DNA from: Psammoneis japonica
Lineage: Eukaryota
Length of the DNA stretch: 64,000 nucleotides
Direction: 5' to 3'
Assembly (NCBI GenBank): GCA_008632985.1
Contig: QPGO01000137.1
Coordinates: 62,001-126,000 of the forward strand
Shown here: positions 36,870-50,179 of the stretch, one piece after another
Position numbering within the stretch: the first letter of the stretch is position 1
How the letters are laid out: each line of letters opens with the position of its first letter
Notes under the pieces: generated by a model
Database searches by the model: none
The model's input: only the letters and a program-made list of their open reading frames with translations
What the model was told of the DNA's origin: nothing
Made by a program: the position numbers and the translations under genes

Positions 36870-39333
36870 CATGATGCCAACGATGCTGATGAGAACAGCA
36901 GCCACACTGCTGCCACCATTGATGAGAACAGCATCAGCTCCCCCACTGTTTGTGTGTTCGCTGATGGTGACCCAAGCAGCAGTGATGACAGCTGTGTTCC
37001 AGTTGCCTCCTTCCTTGCTGCAAACATCAAAGGCACCACTGCTGACCCCACCGACGATCACTTCTTCTTGCCCACGTCTCCCATCCATGCTGCAAAGGAT
37101 TTTCGTCATTTGCACCACTCATTGCCTGCATCTTTGCACCAGACTTCTGTTTTCAACCATGGCATTTTTGTCAAGAAGTTTAATGACAAGTGGTTCAAAC
37201 TGTCCCAAGAAGAAAAATCCGCTCTTGTTGAACAAGGCAAACTGGATGTCGATCACATGCTCAAGCACGTTTCTGAGATTCACCACTGGCCGCAGGCAAA
37301 GCACCAAGGACATCTGTTGGAAACCGGCAAGCATGGTCATGCCCAGTGCAACATCAGATTTTTGATGAGCAGACTTGAGCAGGTTTTTGAAGCTCCCGGT
37401 GTGTCTCCTTCCGTGCATCTTTGTGATCCAAAGATGTTGGTCCACACCAACAACATGGCAGTTCTCCACAACGGAGACCAAGGTGCTGGTGCTTTGGCAA
37501 AGGACATTGATTGGTGCAGTGTCCACAAAGGCATTGATCATGGATGTAAATTCAACTGCATTTCAAAGAAAAAATCTGTGAAATGGCAGAGTCCCACTAA
37601 CTTCTGAAACGTGGGCTTTACCGGTGGCCAATCCAATGGACGAACTACCAGCACTGATGGGCACAGCCGTCCTGGCATGCTTCAAGCCACATGGTTGCCC
37701 AAATCAAAGTCCAAATCAAGCAAACGAGAGCTGAATCCCATCTTTGTTGATGCCATGATTGAGTCTTTGGTGGCTGCCGGATTGTTGGGTGAGATGGCTG
37801 TGTTTGTCCCCAATGGTCAGCACCCTTTTGCCGGTCCCAATCATCCAGATCGTAACACAAAGTTTGGTGGCACTGTTCACCCTGAGGTGGAAATGGACCA
37901 TGCACAATTCAGTCACACCTGGCAATTGCCTGGACGCGATTGAAAAATCACGACAACACCAAGAATGGCGGCAATCAGTCTTTCTTCCATCCAGCCTGAC
38001 CCAGCCACTGGACAATTGAAACATTGCGCAATCAATTGTCAAATGCACAAGGTGTGTGACGACACAGTGAAAAACCAAGATGCCTGCAATCCCATTCTGG
38101 CCAGGTGTGTCAGTGACTGCCAATGATTTGAATCCTCTTGTCACAGCATCGGGAATGGATTGCATGATGGTGAGCAGACCACATGGTTGTCTGGATTTCC
38201 CGCAATCAAAAACAAGTGCAACCTAGACCCAGACGGATGCTCCCAACTTGTCTGTGAGGTGTGCCTTTGTCTGTGCTTGGTGTTTTATCTCAACCACCTG
38301 GAGTTAATTTCCATCCAATGTGCGACACATGCATGTGCTCCAGGTCCACATTTTTTGAGTGTAGCAGCCCAAATGCTGCTTTTGTGGTGGATGAGTTTTT
38401 TGGTTTTTGCTTGTCCAAGATGTTCACCCACTTGTTCCACTTGTGCAAGGAGGAATGTGGTGGATGAGAGGATTTCCGGCATTTTGGAAATGCAGTCAAG
38501 CCCAATGCCAATGTTGTGCCTGAAGACAATTGGAAAGTGGAGGTTCGCGTTCAGGCTGCGGCATGCCTTTGTCTCAGGAAGAGATTTGTTGGGGTGATTC
38601 CTCCTCAGCTCAACCAAATCAAGGCTCACAAGTCATTCCTTCCCCTTCTGAATGACAATGTGAAATGATGCGGGGATTTGCTGGAACTCATGACATTGGC
38701 CAAAAGGCTGCGCTTGGACCACTGCCTTCCTGGATGGCAGTTCAAGCTGTGGTGAAACCTGGAAACACAGCTGTTGGTGCCATCAATTGCAACCCATCTG
38801 TGGATGCATGATTGAACAGTGAACCCAAGATTTGCACCTTTGGAAAGATGCTGCTGCATGTTTTGAGGAGAGAACACAGGCTGGTGGAGCACTGCAGAGA
38901 GAGGTGGTTCGAATTGCACCTTTGCAAGGAGAAGAAACAAGACAACCACAAAGAGCAAGAGTTTTGCAACACATTGTTTAAGGATGCTCCCTTGTTTCAA
39001 CACATTGGCAAAAATGTGCTTGCTGTGCATTTGCCTGGACAAGACAATGCCAGAATGTGCAAGTGTGTCATCAAGTGTTTCCCTCTTGGTGATGAGTTGC
39101 CAGAATGGGACAAGACAGCCAGGCACGTGGACATGTTGGTGGACATGAGTGCAAGTGCCTTGCCAAGTGTGGAGACTTTGAAGTGGTTTGAGTTCCCCAA
39201 AGAACTCATGACTCCCAGACAGCAGTTCACTGTGAAGCATCTGGCAAATCTGTTGGAACCGCTTGGTCATGATGGCATGGATTTGTCACGCAAAGTTCTT
39301 CAAGAGGCAATTGGTCTGCACCTCAAGCACTGA
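36870..39333 (+). pseudogene. Second gene of the MULE, convergent with the transposase; possibly Ulp1/C48 peptidase-like
   Basis: Collinear plus-strand fragments 36954-37607, 37611-37943 and 38812-39333. VFLP...SHWTIETLRN near 37975-38030 is only weakly Ulp1-like. Confidence 0.35.
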
Positions 39334-39429
39334 ATCCATCATTGCAACCAGGCTCAATTGGAGTTTGTTCTTTCAGTGTGTGCTGCACTTGCAATGATTC
39401 ATGTGCATTGCCACTGTGTGTGTTGCCAC

Positions 39430-42400
39430 TCAGTTGGACCATTGCGGCAGATGTGTGTGTGTGTGTCGGCGCTTTGTGTCTCTCTTGCTGCAATTCAACA
39501 CCCAACAAGGTGTGTCATCCTCATCCCGGTTTGACAAAGAAAGATGGAGTGAGTGCATCTTGCCCCACATGTCTGCAAACATCTTGTCTGTTGTTGCAGC
39601 CAAGGGTGCAATGTCCGGCATGTCCACACATGACACATCTTGAGACTCGAACAATCCAATGAGGGTGTTGATCCTGGGGACCAAAATGTTCCATGCACTT
39701 TGATTGCCATTTGCCACCAATTCTTGAGCATCATTTTGAGACCACGCTTTGTAACCAGATTGGCAAGCTTGCTCTAGAAAACCAAATGCCAGGTCTTGGT
39801 CTTCTTCACTGTCATCATTGTTTGTGTTGACATTGGACATTTGTGAAAACCCAGCAGCAGCAGTGTTGAACAATGGCATGGTTGAATTGACAGCCAGCTT
39901 TGCTTGCTCCTTGGAGCAGTTCATCAAAGAGGACATGACATCATGGGGAGTCTCAAATGCAGACTCTTTTGTTGGTGGTTGGCTCGGGGACAATGGACAT
40001 GTCAAAGTGTTCCAGCATCTGGGGACCCTTTACATCATTGTCCAACAAAGATTTGAAAATGTCATCCAGGCCATCCACATGCTTGTCTCCACTGAACGCA
40101 TGGTGGAAGTGCTTGCGCCACCATGCGATGGACACATCATGATGAGAGAAACCTTCAAATTGGTTGCCCAACTCATGCTTCATCATTGACAACTGATGAA
40201 TGCATCCCAGGCCTGTGCATTGGAACTCAGCACAAGAGCAATGAAGGACACGCGCTCCGTCCATTCGCACAACATGCACCCTTTGGAACTTTTTGCACCC
40301 TTTGGAACTTTGGCATGCACTTGAAGAGTGGGTTGCTCACCTCATCATTGTTTTCTGAATCTGGTGGTGCTTGGTCTTCTGGGTTTCCTTGAGAGTTTCT
40401 TTCTTCTTTGCTTGGTGCTTTGCAAACCACTTCCCAAACTGCACTGTTGGGATTGTTGCCTGGACGGCTCGGCATGTGCCTGACCTTGTAGAAATGGATG
40501 GCTTTCCAACGTTGTGCAAGCATGCCCTCACACTTTGTGGCAGTCAGGAGTTTGGATCAAAGGCATTGTGTGTGTGTCATCCTGCTTGATTCACGTGTCA
40601 TTTCTGCAACCTTCACATCCGACTGCATGGCCAGATTTGTTGTGCTTGTTGCAAGGTTTTGCAAAGGAAAGACTGGCATGGCATGACTTTTCATGCCAAA
40701 ATTGGTGCCTTCATGACTCAAGTTGTTTGCTTCTTTGCAATGTTGAATCCATTTCTTTTGGCAACATGCGCAGCTTGCTTCCTTGTCAAAAACTTTGCCA
40801 TGGACAAACTCAAAGAAACAAGTGGGTGTGGATTCAACACCCTTGCAAACTTGGAGAACAAGCGGAGAACAAAGAAACATCAGAAGAAGAGCCTTGGACA
40901 CCATCATTTCCTCCTTGTTCTTGCATCCACCAGGATGCATGAACAAGGGAGTGCAACCACGCCTTTGTTGCGGCAACTAAAAGCTTGAGCTGTTCTCTTG
41001 TGGGGCCAGTGGATGTGCTTTCTTCTCTGGGACAGTGAGTCATCCAACCTTTTTTGACAATGTGCCATCCACATCTTGCTTGGTGTGTTCCAGGCATGTG
41101 CCACCGGATGGCATCACAAAGCTCTCCAATCTCTTGGGAATCACTGTTGGTGAACATCATGTGGATGAGTTGGAGGGAACACTTGTCCAAAAGCATCAGA
41201 AGAGCTGCCTGGAACACCCAGCAAAAGGTTGGTTGAGTCTGGTCTGGCAAGCAGACACGCAGGAAAACAAAGTACGATCCATCCGGTGATCTGGCTGAAA
41301 ATGCAAGGAGTGTCCTCTTCTTGTTGTTGGAGTGAGAAGTTGTGTCCACTTTTACAATGTGAGGCAACATGTGGAACAATCACTTCTTGCCACCAATGGT
41401 CCAGGCAGAACCAATGAAAAGATTGTCGCAAGAGCAAAGCTTGAAGGAATCTTGCTCACATTGGTGCTGTTCTAGCACGTTGGAACACAACTGCTCCAAG
41501 TCTCACACTTGTCTTTTGCCATCAACTCTTGCTTCATTGAACAGCAATGCTGACTGAAATCAAAGATTTTGCTGTCGATCAGGAGTCCAACTGGCATTGG
41601 CACCACTTGCAAGCATGCAACAGTCAATGTTGTCCCAGCTTTCAAAGAAACGCTGCAACTCCATTGTGCCATCCTGGAGAGTGTCATCAGATGGAGGAAT
41701 CAATGGAGCAAGATTTTCTTTGTCAGCTGCTCTCATCATGCACTGGATTTGCAACCTTGTCAAAAAAATCCGCATTGGCCAGAATGTAGTTGCAAACATG
41801 TCCTGCACCCAAATGACCCTTTCTCATGTGCTTCATGGTGGTGATGTCCAATGAACCAAGGTGTCTCACCTTGGCAACAATTTCCTCTGGAAGACAACAC
41901 ATGTGGTTCTCATGACAACAACAAGCATTGCCACAAAAGAAGTGACACCCAAATTGGTTGCACTTGATTTTTGGACAAACCATCCACAGGTGTCTTCAGG
42001 ACCAATGGATTTCATGGTTTGGGTGCAATGAGACTGTCTCTTGTTGCCTTGCTTGCAATTGTTTTGACAACGATGATCTCGGAGGGAGGACTTGTGGTGC
42101 ACCTTTGCTGGAGTTGCTTGAGTGGAGAGTCTGCTGTGTGTCTCTGGCACAAGTGCATTGGAGACAAGATTGGCAAAGGATTCAGCCCAACCCATTGGCT
42201 GCAGTTTCAAATCCTGAAGTGCGGGCAAGAGATCAGATGTCTGTGCACAGCATGCAGCGTGTTGTGTTGGCTTTGCTGCAGCCCTTGACAGGCGGTGGTG
42301 GAGGGGGGCATTTCACATTGTCAAAACAAACAAGAGAACCTTTGTACAGATTTGCCTTTGTGCCGCCACCCAAACACTCAGCGATGTCATCATCAAGAAA

Positions 42401-42885
42401 TTGGGATGGCGGAATTCCCTTGGTGACAACAAGACAGATGGGCATGATGACAGGGCTTTTCCACTTGGACTCCAACCCAGCAAACACCCTGTCAACAACA
42501 CCAAGCATGTTGCAAAGGTTGTTTGGATCATGCAGCAGTGTCTTGTCATTGTCCTGCACTTCCTCACGATCATCAAACAGCTGGTCACCAGCTTGGTGCC
42601 AGCCACCACCCATGTTGTCATTGCAATTTCTTTGTCGGCTTCATGGTTGTGCAAAACAGCAGCAATGGCAGTGCGATGTGTGTTGGCACCATCAGAAAAC
42701 AAGGATTCATCATCATCAACAGCATCTTCCTCCTCTTTGTCATCCAATTCATTGGGATTGTGCTGACGAGGCCCCAGTGGGGGAATGTCAGAGACATCCT
42801 CTTTGTCATCGGTGGGATGACACCCAAATTCATCTGAGGCAACAGAGTTGTCATCCGAGTTGGAATCAAAAAAGGGAACCATGGT
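39430..42885 (-). pseudogene. MULE transposase relic with SWIM zinc finger
   Basis: VKVDTTSHSNNKKRTLL...MFTNSDSQEI...HQARCGWHIV (MULE DDE core with CxWH; 40834-41379); LHCSCAEFQCTGLGCIHQ (SWIM; about 40190-40250); acidic N-terminus at 42313-42885. Confidence 0.85.
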
Positions 42886-43819
42886 GATGATGCTCAAAAT
42901 GATGATGTGCAATGCAGGTCAGGATGGAGTTCAGGGCTTGGATGCGAGTGAGTGGGCATGCCAACAATGACGGTGGTTTTTGATTTCAAATCATGATCAC
43001 ATTTGTCAATGCAGTTGAACACAAATTGGTTGGTTGGGGCGGTGGATGACCTCTGCATGACGTGTGTGGGTTGATCACTGATCAGGACGTTCACATGTTT
43101 TGTCCCAACTGTCCTCAATTGTCCTCAGTTGTCCTCAATTGTCCTCAAATGACCTCAGTTGTCCTCAATTGTCCTCAGGCTGTCCTCATGACATTTTTGT
43201 TTGAAGGGTTGGCAACAAGGGTCATAAATGAAAATTGTCCAATTGTCGCCAAACAATTTTCTTCTTGTTGTCAAGTCATGTGTGGATCGGTCATTTTCTT
43301 GGAAATGCAACATGCAAATTGTGCAGTTTTGAACTGATGTTTTGGGGGGGTCATCCCTGCGTTTGTCCTGGAATTGCTGAGGCATTTAAATGGGATTTTT
43401 TACAGTGCCCATTTTTGAATGCAAAAATTATTTACATTGCACCCAATCACACACAAAATCAAGCACCATGATCAAAGCATGACAATGACGGCAATCTCGA
43501 TGTTTCTCCAAAATGCAGTGGTCCGTCTGCAAACATTTGGTGCATGTGCGACCTTTGACACACAACAAACACAAAATGGACAAGAGTTGCACTTCCACCA
43601 CAGACTTGTGGCTTGATGTTTTCACCATGGTGAAGCACGGTGAAATTCAGGACAAATCATGCAAATCACGAGCTGTTTGGCCAAATTCGAGCTTAAAAAA
43701 GTGGCAAATGACCCCCCTTAAAATGATTCAAAGACATTTTGGTTCAGCAATTGCATTTGGATTGTGTTCGTTTGTCTGAACAATGGACCAAATGCCAAGT
43801 GTTCCTGCTGGCTGGGAGC

Positions 43820-46210
43820 ATTGACCACTTGTCTTTCTTTGTGGGTGTGTGCCATTGCGTGCTGCATTGCCTGCACCATGCACAGAAGCAAGTGGCTGCT
43901 CGCAGGGCCCTGTGGCTGGAATTGATTTTTTGACATTTGGAGTGGATTTCCATGCAAGCAGCACAACACGTCACCAAGTTGAAGTTCATTTTGTTGGAGG
44001 GAAAACAAAAAGCATGAAAATTGTCATGTGCCTGGTCGCTCAACAATGGTGCTTGCAGCTTCTTGAAAATCCCAGGCTTTCAGCACTGCAACCCATGCCC
44101 ACCTCACCAACCCACCTGCAAAGCTCCCTGAGGGCCAAAGTGCAAAAGCCCATCATGTCTGATGTTTGAAAATCATTTGCATTAAAACACATGCATTGTT
44201 GGCTGTTCTTGGATTCTTGCATTCAGAATCAATGGATGCAAGCAGACCTGTCGTTCAGAATCAATGGATGCAAGCAGACCTGTGGGCAGAGCACTGCAAT
44301 GCAAAATTCAACATCAATGATGAGGGGGTCCAGATCATGGGTGGAAAGTTGAAGAAGCAGTGTGGCAGCATCAACGGTGCTTCAAATGTCATGGAAGAGA
44401 ACAGCGATGTTGCTGACCGAGTGAATCTGCACAAAACAGAACACTCATGCAGCCTCAAGCAGGGTGGAAAACAATCATGACAAATGTTTCTTCTTGTCAC
44501 TGTTGGCAAGCCCCATTGACACCTTTGTCCACCAGCAACTGGCAATGAATCTGTGGAAGTGTGGCTGCAAAGTGGAGCTGTCAAGACAAAATTTGGAACA
44601 GCTGCACTTGATTGCACTGAAATGCTGCCCGAATTTTCTGACGCCAATCCAGACATGTTCAACAGTGAAAAATCACAATGAGCAAAGAAGAGACAACAAC
44701 TTTTTGGAGAAAAAGAGAATGATGGGATGTCAGTTGAAGAGTTGGATTCCATCAGGCGACAATGTGCCTTGGTGTGACCACTGTGGGATTCAACTCGAGC
44801 ACGCAGCATTTTTGCACCAACCTTGGTTTGCCCAGATGATGTTGATGTGAAGACAGTTGCACAAGATTGCACTGACATTTTGTCTGCCATTGTCAATCAT
44901 CTTCGTGGCTGCAAGATGGTGTTGCCTGACCAGGATGACAAGAATCCAGCCACCGACTGTGAAAAGGTGTCCATTCAGCATCATGCACATTGCATCGTGG
45001 CAGCGCTTCAGGCTGCACTTGACAACCTCAAGGGGGAAGGAAAAGAGATTGAGGGTGACATGACTTGGGGTGAGTGCTGCAGGCATGCTGCAAAAAGACC
45101 AGAGGAGGATGACATTGCTGTCTGTGCAGCATTCTTGGCATTGGCATTTGGCACAAGCGGGAGATCACTTCCCTCAAAACACCAAACAAGGCAAACCCAC
45201 ACTCCCACCTTTTTGCAGCAACAATCCTGAAGTCAAGAATGCACTTGTTTGGCGTGCAATGCGCAATCTGAAAGATCTTTCAATTGAATTGATGCACAAG
45301 CACCTTCACCAGAAGACAATTCCTGCGCTGCTGCTGAGCGCAAAGAATGATGTTGTGGTGGAAGATGATGACAAATTCAAATTGGTCCATGAATTTGGAC
45401 CCATTGCACTCAACAAGGTTGTCAAAATGTTCAAGGCACACTGTTGTGCTCTTGATTTTGCTTTCAGGTTTGTCAACAGTGTTGCCAAAGGCAATGCTTT
45501 GAGCATTGAGGCATGAATTTTTGAAATCATGCAGCCACTGCAGAAATTGCATGGGGACAAAGATGTGATGGCCAATCACACTCGCTGTGAAGAATTTAGA
45601 GGCAACCACATTTTGCACCACATTGCATGGATTCCTGCACCACAAGGCCTCAGAACAATTCCTGCCATGCCACCAGGGCTGGCATTGGAGTGGCAGGGTG
45701 GCATGGCCACCACACCAGTGATGCAAATGACTGTCATGCATGTTTGATGGCTCGCACCATTTTTGGGGCTGCAGCAAGGTGCACGCACACTCTTTTTTGT
45801 CCAATTTGCTGCCAAAATGGTGCATCACACAAACTCGCTTGTTGTTTGATGTGTTTTTCCAATGTGGCTGTTTGGTGTGCAATTCACAACAAATTCTCTT
45901 TGCACAAAGCTCAGTGCATTTTTCAACAAGCCATGCCCCAGTTTTGCAGCACTTTCAAGCTCTTCTGAAACACAGTTCCATGCACCCATTGCAGGGAATT
46001 TGTCAATTTTTTAGGATGTCTCCATGACCTGGAATGTCCTTGATGATCATTCTCTGAATCACAACAATTTTTTTGCACTGAACAACCCATGCCATTCCAA
46101 ACTCCGAGGGCCACACACTCTCAAATTCACCAGACCAACTGCCTGAATGCCCGACCCCCCAACCGATGGACACAAAACAGTCTGCAATCACCAACCACTG
46201 AGTGGTCAAT
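43820..46210. mobile_element. About 2.4 kb TIR element with a decayed plus-strand ORF (about 44150-45740)
   Basis: Ends ATTGACCACT...AGTGGTCAAT are shared with 3115-3675. Internal coding remnant LPPFCSNNPEVKNALV...LKDLSIELMHKHLH; no catalytic DDE motif recognised. Confidence 0.7.
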
Positions 46211-49200
46211 CATGACAGTGTGCCGGCATGCACCATGTGTGTGACTTGGATGCCTGTCAGTCATGCGTGTGCTGACATCATCTGGGGGCAGCATCTGTTG
46301 GCTTGGTGGCAGGCTCAGGGTTTTGCTGGGGAGTCCCCCAGGGCAGGAAATCAAAAACAGAGGAACGGGGGGGGGGGGGGGTTGATGAGTGCCATGTGTG
46401 TTGGCAGCACCTGTGTGATGGAAGTGGCTCACAACCCATTTCTCCAGACACAAAATGAACTGGGGGCCCCCTGTCCCCCCAAAAACCCTGAGCCTGCTTG
46501 GTGCTGGGGTTGCTGATGCTGATGCCACTCACCTGACAAGTGGGAATGAAGAAGACTGTGGCTGGTGACTCCTCTTGTGACATTGCACTGAACATGACTC
46601 CAAAGCACATTGTCAAAGTGCTTGGGGCGCAAATCAATGACCACAAGGATCGCAGGATGCGTGCACTGCTTTCAGCTTGCATCAGTCAGCACCTTTCAGA
46701 AGGCCAGTTGTTTGCTTCTTTGGCATGCAATGCAAGCTTCTGACAAATGCAGCTTGTCTGGAATGGAATTTTTTCTCACATCCATTTTGTCCTCAATGTG
46801 GGTTCTCGAGCTTTGCTGCAGCAAGGCACTGTGATTGGCACCACGCCAGCCTTGGTGCTGTTCCCACCCCCTGTTTTTTTTTCTTGAACATCTTTTTTTT
46901 TGCTGGTGGCAAACCCAATGTTTGCATCTGGATGTTGGCCCATGTTGCATTTGGCACAATCAATGCCAGTGCATTGTTCATCTGTGAAACTGCAGTGTGT
47001 CAAAAATGTGTGCTCTGTGCACAAAAAACCATTGAACGGGAAGAACCTGTGTGCAATTGTGTGCCTTCAAACACAAATGTTTGACATTTCAAATTTTCCA
47101 CAACTTGTCAAAACTCAATGACAGTGGCGACTGTGTGAGCAGCACAACATGCTCCATCAACAACCATGAACTCACCATGACACTTGCATGTGTCAACAGC
47201 TTGGCCACAATCAACCTCACATGTGCGCACCTTGCTGTGCTTTGAAATTGATTGATCGCAGAGTGAAAACAGCTGAAATGTTCAATTTGTTGCCCATTGC
47301 TGTTTGACTGCACAAGCCAACAACAAGCCTGTTGCATTCATGCATGTCAATTCTGCTGCACATGAGTTCACAAGATGTGACACACTGTTGATTGTTGTGG
47401 CTCTCTTGAAGGCAACACCATTGAGAAAACAGCAACAGAGTCACCATGGCAAGGTGGTTTCCACGGTTTCTGGTTGTGGCAGACCCCCGCCATGGCAAAA
47501 TTGTGCTGAAACTGAGTTGTGCTTGTTGAGTTGGCATGGCTGTTGCATCCCACCATTCTTGGCAGCAGGGCCGGCAGCAAAAATCAACTGCAATTTGGCA
47601 GGGAAAAAATGGCTGAGGGCACTGTTGGTTGCCACCCAAGTCAATGTCTGCAGTGGAAATTGCCTGCACTTTTTTCTTGCTTGCAGGGGCTGTTGTTTCT
47701 TTTCCAACAACAGCTTTGCATTTCCTTGACACCAAATCATCTCTTTCACTCAAACAAGTTTCAACAGTGATGAGCAAGAACTCATGATGTTTCCCCTCCT
47801 TAAAACGCATTGTCTGAGCAACAGAAGTGACACATTCAATGGAGTGCCCAATGTGCCATTTGTCTGCTGCAGCAAATTTGTTCTGATCTTGTTCTGTTCT
47901 TCAGAAACATGTGTGGCTCAAAGCACCCTGCAATCTTGTTTCAAAGCAACACCTGCACTTGCCACTTCCAAAAGTGTGGGAAATTTGTTGTTGTCTTGTT
48001 CTCTCAGTCACTCACTCATGATGCTGGCTCACACAAGCAACATCTGGGGCTCAGTGTCTCTGTGTCACTTGATGTGTTCCAGCCCCAGGTGACATGCAAA
48101 ACAACACACCATTTGGGGCAATGTGCTCCTCATGCATGGAGAATGTTCACAAAACATGCTCAAACAGATGCGTTTTCAAACTGAGATGTGGAGTGCAAAC
48201 ACTCAAACAATTTTTTTTTGTTGGTGCTCAAGGAGTCTTCATGGGACACATCAAAATTTCTGTTGAATCAGCGCTGATTGTTCAATGGCACATTGGCCAT
48301 GACAAGGCCTTTGCAGGTGGAACACCTGACACCAGTGAACATTGTGAAGAAAAGTTTCTGTGGCCATCCAGAACAGCAAAGCAATGGCGCACGAGTCTTC
48401 AAGATTTTGGTCAAAAATCATTTTTGCATTGTTGTGGCTTGTTTGTTGCAATGAAAAACATTGACAGCACACAAACAGCGACATTGCTGCACTGATGCAA
48501 GTTTTGTCAGTGTTGCAAAACATTCATGCTTGGATGAGCCCATGGTTTTGATGGGGTGGAGGCATGGCCACAAGTCAGAGGCTGCACAAAAATCATGTAA
48601 ACATGTCATTTTTGGCTTGTGCTTGGTTCATGCACAGCTGGAGCAATTTGGTTGAAAGTGATTTCCGTGCCTGGCACAGAGCAGAGGCAGTGTGTGGCAG
48701 TGCATGACACAGCTTTGGCAGGGTCAGTCTTTTTTCATTTTTGGGCCCGAAGTTGCATTGACACAGACAACAAGTGAGGCTGTTCATGAAGAGCTCATTG
48801 TTGAGAAACAACATCGGGACATGTGCTTCCACAAGATTTTTGAAATTCTGTGTGTGATTGCACTGGATTTCTGCAAGGAAGAACTGCCAACACAAAACAT
48901 CAGCAACCATCAGCAAAACACAGTGTTCATTGGACACCATTTTCTCAAAATCTTTTGGGGATCATGACTCAGTCTCATGGCCATGTGAGTGCAAGTTTTG
49001 CCTGACAAGTGAAAATGTGCTTTAGACTGGGTCATGCCCCCATTGAGCACAATGACTGGCATTGGAAGAGCACCGTGGTCCCCCATGCTTCACTGTGTTG
49101 TTTCATTGTCAAAAGGGCATGTGTCAGACCATTTTGCTCATGAGTCACCACTCGTGACTTAGAGCCCAAAAGTTTTCCTGCACAGAAAATGCACCAGGAG

Positions 49201-49585
49201 CCCAGTTGTCTTCTGTTTGCTCCCATTTTGGGAGTGTGGGTGAACAGATCTGCCAGCACCTGACACCAGCATTTGTGTTTGTGAAGCAAGAAACAAACAA
49301 CTGTGAAACCTTCTGCAGCACTGCAAAACAGCATTGTGAATTTGTTCCTCCACCTCGTTGCCATTGTTTCATTGGGATGTCAAGGGTTTTTTGAGTGGAC
49401 AATGCAGGGGGAGAGCCATTTGTGAAAATCTTGTCTGGGGCATTGAAGCACCTGACAGCTGACTGTCAGAATCTGCTGACAACATTCGCCAAGGTGCTTG
49501 GACTGACAAAGAGCTCAGAGTTGTTGCTGTGAAGTAAACTCACAAATTGTGAATGCAGTGGAGCAATTCTCCATTTTGCACAGAG

Positions 49586-49980
49586 CAGACGCGTTCCAGG
49601 TCTAGGTAGGTGGGACCTCGCACTACTGAACTGTGACATCGACAGTTTTTTGAATCACGTCGTATGTCGCGCACGTAGATTTCTACGTGATTTTTTCGAT
49701 ATTTTGTGTCATTTTACGGTACACTTATTGAGCGATCCGTCCAACTTTTGACATTTTTTGTTACAGCGCGATTCTATAATGTCTTAAGAATCGCGTAGGG
49801 CAGGCGCATTTGCAGAAACGTCGAGTGGCAAGAGGCATAATTGCACCACAAACTTGGCAGTTCATTTGATGTTGAAGATAAACACATCCATTAATTAAAT
49901 TCTCGTACTGCGGAGCTCGCACGTAGAATTCTACGGGCCCAATGTCACACGGAGTCCCACCTAGGACTGGAACCCGTCAG
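49586..49980. mobile_element. About 395 bp MITE retaining TpA and CpG inside block E
   Basis: Left GACGCGTTCCAGGTCTAGGTAGGTGGGAC versus right GTCCCACCTAGGACTGGAACCCGTC. The interior has many TA and CG, unlike both flanks. Confidence 0.8.
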
Positions 49981-50179
49981 CATTGCATGCATCACTTTCA
50001 ATGCTCAATGGAGGGATTTTGAATGCTTTGCACTCCTTTTGAATTGCAGTTGATTGGGTTTGTTGACAGGGGGGCATTGGATTTAATGTTTGCAATGTCC
50101 TCATGACTGAATGTCCTCAAATGCCACATTGTTTGATGCTCCCTCTCATTTGGGACATGGGGCAATTGCCCTTGAACAC

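Larger units (their letters stand above)
35478..43343. mobile_element. Mutator-like (MULE) DNA transposon, about 7.9 kb, about 300 bp TIRs with GAGGACAA subterminal repeats
   Basis: 35478-35800 is the reverse complement of about 43080-43343. Tandem TGAGGACAA on the left and TTGTCCTCA on the right; encloses a MULE transposase relic. Confidence 0.85.
34188..43815. mobile_element. Outer TIR element (about 55-65 bp TIRs) hosting the MULE insertion
   Basis: GGAACACTCGGGCATTTTGTCCATTGTTCAGACAAACGAACACAATCCAAATG at about 34200-34252 matches the reverse complement of about 43754-43806. No TSD recognised. Confidence 0.7.

Noticed and set aside
46500..49560. Assigning a TE family to this mutated stretch (also 7340-9600 and 59000-61900)
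   Set aside because: Coding-like remnants are present but I recognised no diagnostic motif or termini.
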